This document shows positions 44,038-58,143 of a stretch of DNA of 64,000 nucleotides, in pieces. Origin of the DNA: Eledone cirrhosa (lineage: Eukaryota); NCBI GenBank assembly GCA_964016885.1, contig OZ024742.1, positions 241,800,001 through 241,864,000 on the forward strand. The letters are read 5' to 3'. Each line of letters starts with the position of its first letter. The first letter of the stretch is position 1. The notes under the pieces were generated by a model that had not been told where the DNA came from, made no database searches, and saw nothing but the letters and a program-made list of their open reading frames with translations. Made by a program: the position numbers and the translations under genes.

Positions 44038-47000
44038 TCTATATATATATAAATACAAGTTTACGATTCTGTGTGTCCGCCTAAAACTAGCAAACTACCG
44101 GACCAAACTCCTCAAAATTACATGTACATATTCACTATACACTCGGACAGGTAACGGTCGAAAACGTTTTACTTTGCAAAGCAAGGAATTCATTTAAATT
44201 CAATTTATCTTATTTTCTAATGAATATCAAAACAGATCATCCATTTTGTTTTTTTTATGTTCTCCAGAGAGTGAAGGATGGGAAGAGAGAGAGTAAGGGA
44301 TGAAAGAGAAAGAGAGAGAGTGGAAGATGGGAGAGAGAGAGTAAGGCGATGAGAGAGAACGAGAGAGAGTGAGTGGGAGAGAGAGTAAGTGGATGTGAGA
44401 GAGAAAGAAAGAGAGTAAGGGATGAGAGAGAGAGAGCGGGAGATGGGCGAGAGAGAGTAAGAAAGAGAGTAAGGGGATGAGAGAGAAAGACGATGAAAAA
44501 GAGAGAGGCAAAGTAACCAGCGTTCTTAACTTTTATTTATTTATTTATTTTTACACACTTTTTAACTCTCCCGCTTCCTTAACGTTATTTCTCTTTTCTT
44601 TATTTTTTGTTCTCTATTCCGTAGAGGGATGATGGGAGGGGGAGGGGGAGAAAAAAAAAGAGAGAGTAATGGGATGAGAGAGAGAGAGAGAGAGAGAGGG
44701 AAAGTAGCAAGCGTTCATTAACTTTTATTTATTTATTAATTTTACACACTTCTTAACTCTCCCAATGTTATTTTATTTATTTTTTGTTTAATATTGTGTA
44801 GAGGATGAGAGAGAGAAAGAAAGAGAGGAGATGAGAAAGAGAAAGGGAGTGAGATGGATGGGGAAAAAAGACAAAAATAAAAGAGAAAAGATGGGAGAGA
44901 GAAAAAAAGTAAAGAGGCAGGAGAGAGGGAGGGTGATTGGAGGGATTCTTTATCTAACGTGTGTCCGCGTTTATATATATATTTACACACACATGTGTGT
45001 TATGGGGGGGGGGGGGTTCTCTAGCAGACGATATATGTTACCATCAAAGCTTATTTTCTACATATGTCTACATATTCAGTGTTTGCCGTTTTTTTGGATA
45101 CAATCTGAAATCCCAATATTTTCTACATATGTCTAAAATTAATTACACCTAATATACATTCATATAAAGAGATCATTTAAAACAACTTTACTGAGTGAAC
45201 AATACATTCTATAGTTGTTTCTATTTCGGAAATAGTGTGGTGTGTAATAATTGTTTCTACTTTTGGAACAAGGCCAGCAATTATTTCAGTGCATTACTGG
45301 TACTTTATTTTATCATGTGGTGTGAAATAATATCACTTCAAATGCCTAGAAAACGTTCCAGATCATTATATGGAAGGTCATCTTCAGAGGCTAAGAGAAG
45401 GAAAACACAGCGATCTGAAGAAAGTGAAGAAGTTCGGCATGCCCGTCTAGCTGCTAACAGAGCCCAAACAGCTTTAGCATGAGCACACCGTTTGGATGAA
45501 AGGGAACAAAGGATTGTTGCTACACGAGAACAACAAATTAAGGAACAGCAGCAAATCAGACGAAATGCTACTCAAGCACATCGTTCTACTGCCCGAGCAG
45601 GAGAACAAGCCACAAGTAAAATGAACTGGCTGATGGGTGTTTTTTCTTATGACGCCCAAAAGAACTACAGCAGTAATCCACAAATCAACATTGTGAAAAT
45701 GAACAAATGCTGCCAGTATTGTGGTGCCAAGAAGTGGGCAGCAGAAACTCCAAGTCTATGCTGCTCAAAAGGCAAAGTGTGCCTTAAAACAATACAAGAA
45801 GCTACTGAATTTCTGAAGAATCTGCTCCTTCAGCATACATCAGAAGCACGACACTTCAATAAATACATCATAAAATATAATTCTGCTTTTCAAATGACAT
45901 CTTTTGGGGCTGACAGGAATGTGACTGACTTTAGATTCTGTACAACTTATAAAATTCAGGGACAGTGTTACCACTTAATGAGTGGCCTTCTGCCACTTTC
46001 ACCGGAGCCTCACAAATTTCTGCAGGTTTACTTCATGGGTGGAAATGAAACACAGGCACAACAAAGATGTACCAATGTCCATGGTGGATTGCAGTTCTAC
46101 ATAGTCATAAAGTTACAAGAAATGCTTCACCAACATCACATGTACGTCAGTGTATTTAAATATGCATTGGAGCATATGAACAACACTAGAGATCGTAAAA
46201 TCATCATTAGGGCAGACAAACGCCCCGCTTCAGAACATGAACGCAGATTCAATGCACCTGCCACTGATGAAGAGCCTATGATTCACTTCAATAACCGCTC
46301 ATCTTTTGGAATGGTCAAGATGGATATCATTTTCAGCTACGGCAAATCAGCCCAGGAACGGAACAAGAAACTGGCCGATCAATCAGCTGCAAAGAATTCT
46401 ATGGTACGTGATTACTTCAACCAAGTTCTGCGATTCAAAGAAGTAACCAGCCAGTTCATGGTGGACATGTATGCCAAAATTGACACAGAAAGATTGGGTT
46501 TTCTGCGAAGGAATCAAACTAAGTTGAAGGCAGATAACTACATCCACCTTAGAGATGCCTGGCCAGCCAGTCATACTGCCATCAAGGTTCACGGGAGGAC
46601 CACGTACGCAAGATGCAATGGCCTATGTCAGAAAATTTGGTCAGCCAGATCTCTTCATTATATTTACATGCAATTCAAACTGGTCAGAAATATCAAATGA
46701 ATTATTTCAAAATCAAAAACCAAAGGATCGACATGACCCCTTCGCTCGGGATTTCCATGAAAAGCAAAAAAAAAAAAAACTCATCTGGCTCCTAAAAGAA
46801 GGAAGAATCTTTGGTGACCTTAGTGCTTGGATGACCACTATTGAGTGGCAGAAGAGATGTCTTCCTCACTCTCACACACTAATCTGGTGCAAGGAGAAGA
46901 TAAGACCAGATGATTTTGATAAGATCATTTCAGCAGAGTTGCCTGATAAAGGTGGTTATCCAGAGCTCTTTGAAACCATCAAGTCCAAACTCATTCATGG

Positions 47001-50000
47001 TCCATGTGGAGTCATCAATCCAGCATGAAAGATAAAAAATGCAGCAAACATTATCCTAGAGCTTTTATTCGGAAAACTCGGACTGACAATAATGGATACC
47101 CCTTTATCGTAGGCATAGACCAGAACATGGAGGCAATACTGCAAGCCTAACAGTTCGAGAAGAGGAGCTGACCATAAACAATCAGTGGGTCGTCCCACAC
47201 AACAAATTGTTGTGTAAACTTTTAAAAGCTCATATCAATGTTGAGTATTGCAGCTCCGTAAAGGCAATCCTATATGTCACAAAATATATCAACAAGGGCA
47301 GAGACATGGCTACCTTTATTACTGACAAAGAACTCAATGATGGTGGGTTGGATGAGGTCAATCGGTATCAAACAGGTCGAAACATCTCCAGCAATGAAGC
47401 TATCTCGTGAATCTTTGGATTTGATATCCATCAACGCCACCCAACACTGGTCAACCTCGCAGTCCATATGGAAAATGGACAGAGGGTGTACTTCACTGAG
47501 ATCAGTGCTCATCAGTTGGCACAAGCATCACATAACACTACACTAACTGCTTTCTTTAAACTCTGCCAGAATGATGAATTTGTTCGATCCCTCTTATAGG
47601 CTGAAGTCCCAACATACTACACCTGGACCAATTGCAAGACCTGGAATCGAAGACAGCAGTGTCATTTAGTCAAGTGATGCTATTGGGCGTGTTTACAATG
47701 TCCATCCCAACAACAGAGAATGTTTTTATTTACGGTTACTTCTGCATACTGTTCGAGGACCAACGTCATTTGAGGATCTTAGGTGCTTCAGAGGAAGGGA
47801 GTGCGCAACATACCAAGAAGCATGTAAACAGCATGGACTCCTGCATGAAAATGGACACTGGAAGAAATGCCGAAAAGAAGCAGCAATCACTCAAGTAGCC
47901 AGCCAAATAAGACAATAATTTGCTATTATGCTCACAACATGTGGAATTGATGAAGCTCATCTACTCTGGCAGGAGGACAAACACAATATGTCGGACGACT
48001 ATCTACACCTAGCCCGAAGACAATATGTATATGGAATATACCCCCAGCATTTACAATCAAGCTCTCTGTGACCTCGCCCATCGAGTTCAGGCAATGAATA
48101 GCACAATAGCTAACTGCGGGATGCCAGAGCCAGATGAAGAAATGGAGGTAGCACAAGACATTTTTCAGGAGACAAACTACGATATTCAAGCATTGCGTAA
48201 GTTTGTGGATGAAAATGAACCTCGATTGATGGATGACCAGAAATACGCCTACCACAACATCATCGAAAACATTCAAAATGACAGGGGATGACTTTTCTTC
48301 ATCGATGCTCCTGCTGGCACAGGCAAGGCATTCCTCATAAACCTCCTGCTTGCAAAGGTTCGCCAAAAGCAACATATTGCCCTTGCTGTGGCCTCATGTG
48401 GCATTGCAGCAAGACTTCTGGATGGAGGAAGAACTGCACACTCCATGTTTAAGCTGCCCATAGATCTCACATGGCATGAACAATCTTTTTGCAACATCAA
48501 GAAGAACTCACCCAAAGGCAAGCTTCTGCAAACATGCAAGATGATAATTTGGGATGAAGCTACTTAGAGCCATAAAGGAGCAATTGAAGCTTTGGACCGG
48601 ACGATAAGGGATCTGAGAGAAAATAGTTGCATACTCGGAGGAGTGACAATGGTTCTTGCTGGTGATTTCAGACAAACTCTGCCTGTAATTCTTCGAGGGA
48701 CTCGAGCTGATCAGGTCAATGCCTGTCTGAAAACATCCTATCTCTGGGCCCGCTTTCAGCTGCTGAGCCTTACAACCAACATGCGAGTGCATATACTGGT
48801 GACGAAGGTGTCAGTGAGTTTGCCATCGAACTACTTAAATTGGGAAATGGACTTCTTGAAAAGGACTCCAATGACCATATTCAGTTGTCATTTGGCCATA
48901 TCATTGACACAGAACAAGAACTGATCGCCAGAGTATTTCCAAACATTCAGACCAGGCAATGTGATCCGAAATGTCTCTGTGAATGAGCAATCTTAGCACC
49001 TACAAATGTTGCTGTGAAAGAAATCAACAGAAGGCTGCTGGAGATGTTACCGGGAGAGAAAATATGCTACAAATCAGTTGACACAATCACTTCTCAAGAC
49101 CAGGTTGTAAACTATCCAACTGAATTTTTGAACAGTCTTGAACAAGCGGGAATTCCTCCACACAACCTGATACTGAAGCTTGGAGCATCGGTTATGCTAC
49201 TTCGCAATCTGGATCCTCCAAAACTTTGTAATGGCACAAGACTCATAATCAGAAATATGATGTCCAATGTTCTAGAAATTGCAATCATGTCAGGAAAATT
49301 TGCTGGTGACAATTGTTTCATTCCCAGAATACCTCTGAAGCCAACTGATTTGCCGTTTGAATTTCAAAGACTTCAATTTCCGATCAGGCTCAGTTTTGCC
49401 ATGACCATTAATAAATCTCAAGGGCAATCATTGAAAGTCGTTGGGTTGAATCTGGCAGATCCTGTCTTTTCGCATGGTCAACTCTATGTTGGCACAATAA
49501 GGGTTGGGAACCCTGATTGTCTCTTCATTGTGGCTCCACAGGGCAAAACCAAGAATGTTGTTTATCCAGAGGCTTTGGAATGAGCAATGTCGTAATTCCT
49601 CATTCAATGACAATACACATAGATCCTAATTCCTTAGTCATGTAGTTTGCAAGGAATTCTGAAGCTGCAAATTTACTGCATGATGTTACTTTGGAAGAAT
49701 ATGCAGGCATTCCCAGGTGCCTCTGCTATATAAAGTAGTATAAGTGAGGACTTTGTTGGGTAGAAATAGCAGCCAGATTTCCTTCACATCGCACCTTTCT
49801 CCGAACTACAGAAATGAGTTAGTAAACGCTTCATTCAATCATAAACCAATGCTAAATTTATTTTCTTATTTTATTTATGGTTTTTAAAATAGTCTTTACA
49901 GTTTGTTTGAACCTCAGAGGTTCAGATTGAGCAAAAAAAAAAAGAAAGAAAGAAGGATAAATAAAAAAAATCTAAATGTATTTTTTTGGTCATGCCCTTT

Positions 50001-50273
50001 TCGCTGACAACATACCTAATGATTCATCTATGAGTAAAGCATTATATATGCTGACTGTAATAGGGAGCAGTATTCAAAAGATCACTACTGGAAAAAACTA
50101 ATATTTTTATCTAGATTATTTACTTTGACCAAACGGCAATAAATATTCTGCTATAATTCCTACTTTGGTTAAAATTCAGCAATCATATTTGAATGGTCAA
50201 ATATTTTGTAATGTTTGCCAAATATATTGTAACTTTCATAAAAAGCCCCGGTATCACCGAGTAGCTCAGCTAG
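44038..50273 (+). mobile_element. Near full-length Helitron, formerly autonomous
   Basis: 5' A|TCtatatatata..tgtgtgtcc. 3' hairpin ccggtatcaccgag followed by CTAG|T. Internal RepHel. Confidence 0.88.
45342..49583 (+). pseudogene. Helitron Rep/Pif1-helicase gene with multiple stops and frameshifts
   Basis: CQYCGAKKW...CC..GK zinc region. Rep motifs DLFIIFTCN, EWQKRCLPHSH, YVTKY. Helicase motifs DAPAGTGK, IIWDE, GDFRQTLPV, QFPIRLSFAMTINKSQGQSL. Confidence 0.95.
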
Positions 50274-51434
50274 TATATATATATATTGGCTTCCTAATTC
50301 ATTGTAATCCATTTTAAATTACATTAAATTATCTCTCTTCTCATATGGACACACATACACATTAACAAACGAGCACATATGTAATTATGAATGGTTGTAC
50401 GTATTTATATACATATAGCAATATATAAATGATTTTATACAGTGTCTGTGAGGCTATAACGTATTTGTATTTAGTATGCGAAACGCTGTCCTGAAGTATT
50501 TCCCTCAGCCATATTGCTGACATATTTTAATGCATTCACGTTTTGCATAAATGTATACTTCAGTCGAATTTTCTTTCGTCCATTTTGCTTATCAAGTTAG
50601 AAGGTAAAATGATCAAACAATTCCTATCTGTTTGTTTCATTTGTCCGTCTCTCAATATTTGCAAAGTGGTACTTAGTTGTCAATCCATCTGTCACATGAA
50701 ATGGTATATTCATGCAATGAATATAAATAAATATAAATTTTTTTGTTCATACTTATCTTTTATTTTCTATATGAAATGCAATTTATTGACTACTTTTTCA
50801 CGTCTGTTTATTTTACTATGTATTTATTTATTCATTTATCTATTCATTTATTTATTTATATTTATTTTTGTTAGTCGTATCAACATATGAAAATATTTAT
50901 ATTTATACGAACTTACATTCACTTCATCATTGGCAAAGCTATGTCAGCAGATCTAAATTAAGATTATCGGCGTAGCGAAGTAACTTAAAATACAAAACAA
51001 AAGAAAACAAGACGAGCAAAAAGCAAAAAACAAAACCAAACAAAACAAAGAAACAAACAAAAATTAACAACAGAAACATTACCCGAGGCAATAACAATAG
51101 CAATAATAGTAATGACAATAACAACAAAAGAAATAATAGAAACAACAGTATCAACGCCAAAATAAAGTGGGCTAAACATTTATCTTTAATAACTCGGTAC
51201 GATTGGTAATGGCGTCTACATATTCTCCATCGTGTCACTCAGTGTTGTCGAAGTTGTCTTGCACACTCCACTAACTTTGCTTTTACTTATCGATTTACAA
51301 GAACTTTCCTCACTGCTTTCTCTCTCTCTCACACTCTCTCTCTCACTCTCTCTCTCTCCCACTCGCTCTCATTCTCTCTCTCTCTCTCTCTCACACACAC
51401 TCTCTCCCTGTCTACATGCCTGTCTGTCTGTCAG

Positions 51435-51468
<34 letters not shown>

Positions 51469-52074
51469 CTTCTTTCTTTCACTTTTTCTCTCATTCTTTT
51501 CTCTCTCTATACATCTCCTTCCATATGTGAATCTCTTGCTTGCTCTCTCTCTCTCTCTCCCCGCCTCACTGTTTTTTTTTTCTAAATTAGAAAAAATAAA
51601 ATGAACCCACTAAAAATTTCTGACCCCACCACATTTTTATCCACTCTCTCTTTATTTTTATTTTCCGGTCTCTCTCTTGTTTCGAACTCTTTTCTCATGG
51701 TTATTCACTCTATCTATCTTGTATATGGCTATGTTATTCAATCATTTTACAGATTATTTTACTTCAGATATAGATACATATATACATGACCACTTACCAT
51801 AAATATTTCATTTATTCAAACACAAGTTTTTTTTCTTGTTTATATGTGTATATAATATACACATATTTGTAGTATACACATGAATATAAAGTTTGCTGTA
51901 TTTTTCTGTATTTTTCTTTGTATTGAGGGACAGGTAATGAAATATAATACAGATACATACGTTCTCGTGTGAATACAGAAACGTTAGTTCCACCTATTTC
52001 CTCAATGGCTATTTTTCTCTAAAAACGTTTTTGCCAACTCCACCCACCCATCCCTTCAATCTAATTTATCATTC

Positions 52075-52205
52075 TTTCTTCTGATGAAGGACTAGCGTCC
52101 GGAAAGATAAGACGTTCTTATTGCTATTTCAAGCGTTAACCTAATATATTCCTTCCCTATACTGTACCGATTGTGTTGTTATTTCTGTTTACCTTTTCCA
52201 TATAT
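52075..52205 (+). ncRNA. Hammerhead motif in a solo PLE pseudo-LTR end
   Basis: CUGAUGA-AGGAC-UAGC-GUCC-GGAAAG. Downstream sequence is homologous to the reverse complement of 440-530 and to 27533-27590. Ends in TA repeats. Confidence 0.65.
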
Positions 52206-52756
52206 ATATAACAAATTTAATATAGAAATGGCTTCTACAAAACTAGAACTGTTCCATTCGAAGGAAATCACCAGGAAAGCCGACTTGCATTGTAATGCGG
52301 TAGTATTTGTATGTTTTCTGTTATATACAGTATATATAATGGGATGGTTCACAGGAACAAAATAAGCCCAATCAAAAATGTAAAAACAGCTATCTTTTGT
52401 GTAATTAAAATATTTATTTAAATGAATTCTTATATCTTGCAAAGGGTTTCAGCCTATGTAGAATTTTTCAAGCATGCTTTGATGAATTTTTATTGGTATG
52501 AAACAATTCATAACCTGTAAGTAGTCATTTACATATACATATACATAGATACTGTACTGTAATGGCATAAAGTAAATATTTAGGTTTACATATTTTAATA
52601 TAGACACCAGAATGCACCCTATATCTATATAATTATATTTAGGTTTTATACATATTTTAAGTGACTAAATTACAATAATTGTATTTTGCTTATCAGCAAC
52701 CTGATAAGACATTAGAGAATTCAGTGTACCAATATACATACATATACATGCATTTA

Positions 52757-52802
52757 GATACATATATATATATATATATACACACAGACATACATGTCTC
52801 TA

Positions 52803-52833
<31 letters not shown>

Positions 52834-52940
52834 CTCTATACATACATATCTCTATACATACATACACACATACATACATACATACGTACATAAATGCATA
52901 CGTGCATGTCTCTATACATACATACATACATACATACATA

Positions 52941-52972
<32 letters not shown>

Positions 52973-53006
52973 CATACATACATACATACATACATACATA
53001 CATACA

Positions 53007-53038
<32 letters not shown>

Positions 53039-53068
53039 CATACATACATATACATACATACATACATA
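52757..53068. repeat. (TACA)n tetranucleotide satellite
   Basis: Direct repeats. Confidence 0.95.
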
Positions 53069-53573
53069 AACGCATATATAGCTGTGTGTGTAGTGTGTCT
53101 GTGTGTGAACAAGTGTATGTGAGTAAACTTGACATAAACTAAGATATAGTCGTCCTTTATTCGATTATGTTGCCAATCGTCAGATATACTGTAAGTTTGT
53201 TTGCTGTATGATTGATGCTGTCACCAGTGAGACATTCTGGTGCACTTCTAGTCAGGAAAAAAGTTCCTATGCTCTGAAAGTTACAGATGTAAAAAAAAAA
53301 ATCTACCATAACCTCTTTGACGTATACAAAACAGTTGTATGTCACTTTGCATATTTTAAAGCAGAGCAAACCTGTCAGTCTATATTCTATCTAGTTTATA
53401 GTGGATTTCTTTCACGTGCAGTCTGTCATCTGAATAAAGTCCACAAAATATAATACACACAGACACGTGTGCACACTCACATAAGCATATTTATATAGAA
53501 ACTAACACCAACATTCATTCACAAATGTAAAGATATACACATGCATGTATATGTATCTTTTTATGTGTATATA

Positions 53574-53686
<113 letters not shown>

Positions 53687-53818
53687 TATAAATATACATA
53701 CACACACGTAAATACTTACGTGTATATCAAAATCTGAGCCCACGTGACATGAGAAGACATTGGAAAAATGTACCACCACCATTTCAGTACATTAGAAATA
53801 AACAGGTTGCTCCATATC

Positions 53819-53885
<67 letters not shown>

Positions 53886-53893
<8 letters not shown>

Positions 53894-54192
53894 ATACTTT
53901 GGGAGGGTCATGTTGCCAATAAGAAACACACGCACCAGTTGCTTTCACTTCAATTTATTATATATTTATAAATTTATAAATTTACAAATCTACAAACTTA
54001 TAAATTTCTGGTTGGTTGGTTGGTTCCACAACCAGATAGTTGTTTATATATAGTCATAGTCCTTTCGTCACACACTCTGTGACCTCTTCAGTGTGTTTCT
54101 TATTGGCAACATGACCCTCCCAAAGTATAACAATATCGGTTTCAACACACGATTTCAGATAAAGAATCTTGCTAAACAAATTCAGAAACGAA
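53886..54192 (-). mobile_element. Fold-back element with hammerhead (54050-54095)
   Basis: Arms 53886-53931 and 54091-54136. Minus strand reads CUGAAGA-G-GUCAC-AGAGUGU-GUGAC-GAAAG. Confidence 0.8.
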
Positions 54193-54214
54193 ATATATAT
54201 ATATATATATATAT

Positions 54215-54342
54215 ATATTTAATTAGAGAGTGAACAACAATATATAATTACTCCATTACCAAAGGTTTTAGGACCCTAGACAATGATAACATACGTCTAG
54301 TTCGCTCATCAGACAGAGAGGTTATGTGTTGTTCACTCTCTA
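54215..54342 (-). mobile_element. Fold-back element with a degenerate hammerhead (54251-54318), interrupted by the LINE
   Basis: Arms tagagagtgaacaaca and tgttgttcactctcta. Minus strand reads CUGAUGA..CUAGAC/GUCUAG..aAAA-CC-UUU-GG-UA. Confidence 0.7.
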
Positions 54343-56488
54343 GGCCGGGCGCCTTCTTCTGAGTGCAATTGTGGAGCTCACCAATAGGCTCATTCATGGT
54401 GCCCTCGACCTTTATGCCCGAGGTCTCTTTTTTTCGGCCAGCCTCACCGCTTTCAGGAAGAAAGAGGGTGGCATACGCCCCATTGCTGTGGGCAATGTCT
54501 TCCGGAGGCTGGCTGCCAAGGTGATCTGCAAGTCCGTCACACACAAACTGGGTGAGGAGTTTAGTCCGGTGCAGCTGGGTGTCGGTGTGTCCGGTGGCTG
54601 TGAGGGAGCCTCTCATGCAATCAGTCAGTTCTTCAGCAGCTGCACATCCGTACCGGCATCCAGGGACTCCAGGCACCTCATTGTCAAGCTTGACGGGATC
54701 ATCTGCTCGAGGCCTGCCTCAGCCAACCCCCCCTCTGCCTACCCGCTGGCCTACCTGTCATATTGAGCCCCGAGCATGCTCCTAGCTGCTGATACGGTCA
54801 TACCCTCGGCTACTGGGGTCCAACAGGGCGACCCTTTGGGATCCCTCCTGTTCGCCCTTGGTATTGACCACATCGCCCGGAGTATCACGGCCTCTCTCAA
54901 CGTTTGGTATCTGGATGATGCTACGTTGGGCGGGCCCGTACGGACGGTCTGCCAAGACCTTCAATCGGTGATTCCTGCCCTGGCGGGAATCGGCCTCCAG
55001 GTCAACTCAGCCAAGTCGGAGGTGGTGAACGTCAGTCTCGATGCTGTGAGCTTTGCAGCCTCCGTCTTGGACGTGCGGTCCATTCTCCGCCAGGTTCAGG
55101 TGACCCCCAAAGAGGATGTCCTCATCCTCGGGTCACCGATCCACCCGCCGGCCATCCGCTCCACCATCAGGTGCAGGCTTCAACAGCTCCAGACTCTCAG
55201 GAGCCGACTGGACTTAATTGACGGCCACCCAGCTCTCTTTCTGCTGAGGAACTGCTTCGCCATGCCGAAGCTCCTCTATACACTCCGCAGTGCTCCATGC
55301 TACACGCAGACATCTCTCCTCGCTGACCTCGATACTTGCATCCGAGGGGATATGCAACGTCAAGTTTGACGACATAGGGTGGCAACAGGCCACTTTACCG
55401 GTCAGGTATGGCGGCCTAGGCCTCCGGTCCCCGATCTCACTAGCTTTGCCGGCGTATCTTTCGTCGGTAACCTCGTGACGCGTCCTCGTCAGCAGGGTTC
55501 TTCAAGACACAACAGAACCCTCTGTGTTCAGAGAACGTGAGGCCGCCTGTGAGACGTGGGACCGGATGGGACTTATCCCAGTAGACGTCCCTCATCCTTA
55601 TCCCCCTGTTGACGTCAAGTCCCCCCCAACGCATATGGGATGCCATCCAGTGTAGCCTGGCCTCAGACAGGCTCACGCGCCAGCTCGACCAGCAACGCCT
55701 TGCTTGTATTCGTGCGGCCTCCAAACCCCACAGTGGTGCCTGGCTCCATGCTCTGCCCTCCTTCTCCACTGGCACGCAGCTAGACAACCATAGCCTGCGA
55801 ATCGGCGTTTCCCTGAGGCTCGGCCTCCGGATCTGCCAGCCACACCAATGTCGCTGCGGTTCTACCGTGGACTCTTTCGGCCTCCACCCGCTTTCCTATC
55901 GCCACAGTGCCGGCCGCATTCCAGGCCATACTGCCCTCAACGAGGTCATTAAGCATGGCTTGGACGTTGCAGGCTTCCCTTCAGAGCTCGAGCCGGTGGG
56001 GCTGGATCGAGGGGACGGCAAAAGGCCAGATGGCATGACCATCATCCCGTTCCGCGGTGGCAAACCCCTCGTCTGGGATGCCACTTGCACCGACACTTTC
56101 TGCAGCCGCAATCTGGTGTAGTCTGCGACTGACCCAGGTTCTGCTGCAAGTCGGGCTGAGGGGGCCAAACTCCTCAAATACCGGTCGCTCTCCGACAGAT
56201 TTGTGGTCGTTCCTCTGGCAGTGAAAACTTCTGGTGTCCTCGGCCCCAAGGCTACCTCCTTTCTCACCACCATAGGCGCTGAGCTGGCCAGCCGTAGGTG
56301 TGAGCCCCGCGAGTTGGAGTGACTTATCCAGCGCGTCTCCCTTGCCGTCCTCCGGGGAAACGCCTTCTCCATTCTGTCCGCCGGGGCTGTGGGTGGGCCC
56401 CATCGCGTACCAATACATTAGTTAAATACCATTCTTTCGTCTGATACAACACAATAAAGTACCTCGATACATTAAAAAAAAAAAAAAA
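54343..56488 (+). mobile_element. 5'-truncated CRE-like non-LTR retrotransposon (RT plus restriction-like endonuclease), pseudogenised
   Basis: GGIRPIAVG..RRL, QLGVG..GGCE, GVQQGDPLG, WYLDD, LPVRYGGLGLR, CRCG..HPL, H.ALN, KRPDG, WDATCTDT. AATAAA at 56453 and poly(A) at 56474-56488. GC-rich relative to host. Confidence 0.92.
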
Positions 56489-56552
56489 GAAAGAATTAAA
56501 TAGCTCTGATTTATACATAAAGCACAGTTATTTTTCTTCGGAAATACTTAAC

Positions 56553-56613
<61 letters not shown>

Positions 56614-56841
56614 TATATATACATATACATATATATATATAAGTTTGTCAAATTATCCTGAGTTGGTTTTCTCGTTGCTTTGGTCTTGCGACTGGCTTAC
56701 CAGTTGCAGTCTTCAATTTGCCAAGCTGTCTAAACGTAATGTTATTGCTCTAAGGTAAAATACCTTATTGAGTGCTTAGCTGCACATTCCGATTGCATTC
56801 GTTAGCATGGCTGCAGCCAGAGCTTAGATTCTGCTGAACTT

Positions 56842-56893
<52 letters not shown>

Positions 56894-56935
56894 TTGTATA
56901 TATCTATCTATCTATCTCTCACTCTCCCTCTCTCC

Positions 56936-56992
<57 letters not shown>

Positions 56993-57016
56993 TATATACA
57001 TTTGTATATATATATA

Positions 57017-57100
<84 letters not shown>

Positions 57101-57132
57101 TATACATTTGTATATATATATACAAATTAATA

Positions 57133-57178
<46 letters not shown>

Positions 57179-57199
57179 ATATATATATATTAGATATTA

Positions 57200-58085
57200 A
57201 TTTAACAATGAAAATAATAAGGATGTCAAGTTATTTTACCTATTCATATCATTGTTTTACGTCGTTTCGGAGGGTTGATCATATTGACATATTGGCTAAT
57301 CTATAGCAGTTATATAACTGTAAACTATCATATTTAGGTTCGATCAGACCGTCTTCTTCGGAAACAATGAAGTTAGAATCTTTTTTGTTAGTTTATAAAC
57401 AGGGTAGATACAAGAATAGACATGCTATACAAATATATATGCCAGATTGCCTCTTTAGATTGATACAGATAGTAGGAGGAGTGTAAATTGTGTACATTGA
57501 AAAGTATATATATATATATATATACCAAATATGTATTGAAAGATCAATATAATAAAGGATGCGATAAGTGCTCGAGGCTGGAAGTGAGGTCATAAATTAC
57601 ATCCTGTATGTAAGGATGAACTGTGAACTGGAACTGAATTGTTTCGGTGTTAAATTAGTGTAGAAAGAAATGATTCGTCACAGTATGATGCAGTTGGAAG
57701 CTTGACAATATTTTCATTGTCTTAGCTAATGATCTACTGATATTTCGATTTTACTTTGTATAGTAAAAGATTCCAAACAACCTACTTGACTTTGATTTTA
57801 CATTCCTATTGTGTGTGGTTAATATTAGTTTACTAGCTTTTTGGCGTAATAAAAAATAAAAAAAAAACATCAAGCGCGTATAATCATCCATTTCATGGAT
57901 GGCCTCAGAATTTTCTGGGCTAATATTCTAGACAATCTGTATCCATTTGCATCTTATTATTTTCAGGTTTGAGATTGTTTCAGGTTAAAGTTGACCTGTT
58001 ATTTGAAGTATATAATTACAACACCGACGAAACCATAGGTTTCATTTTCTATTTCAATTGATTTAATTTATTAGAAATAAAAGGA
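57200..58085 (-). mobile_element. Decayed Penelope-like element with a long-stem-II hammerhead (57258-57361)
   Basis: CcGAAGA..GGUCUGAUC/GAUCAACC..GAAAC-GAC-GUA. Upstream remnants read RRCCN and ANGY. Ends at (TA)n. Confidence 0.55.
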
Positions 58086-58143
58086 ATGTTGTCAGGCAAT
58101 CACATCTTTCTACCAGTCGGCCAATACGGTCAGCGTAAATTCC

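Noticed and set aside
49014-49583. Host PIF1 helicase gene
   Set aside because: It is contiguous with Rep motifs inside Helitron termini, intronless and disrupted.
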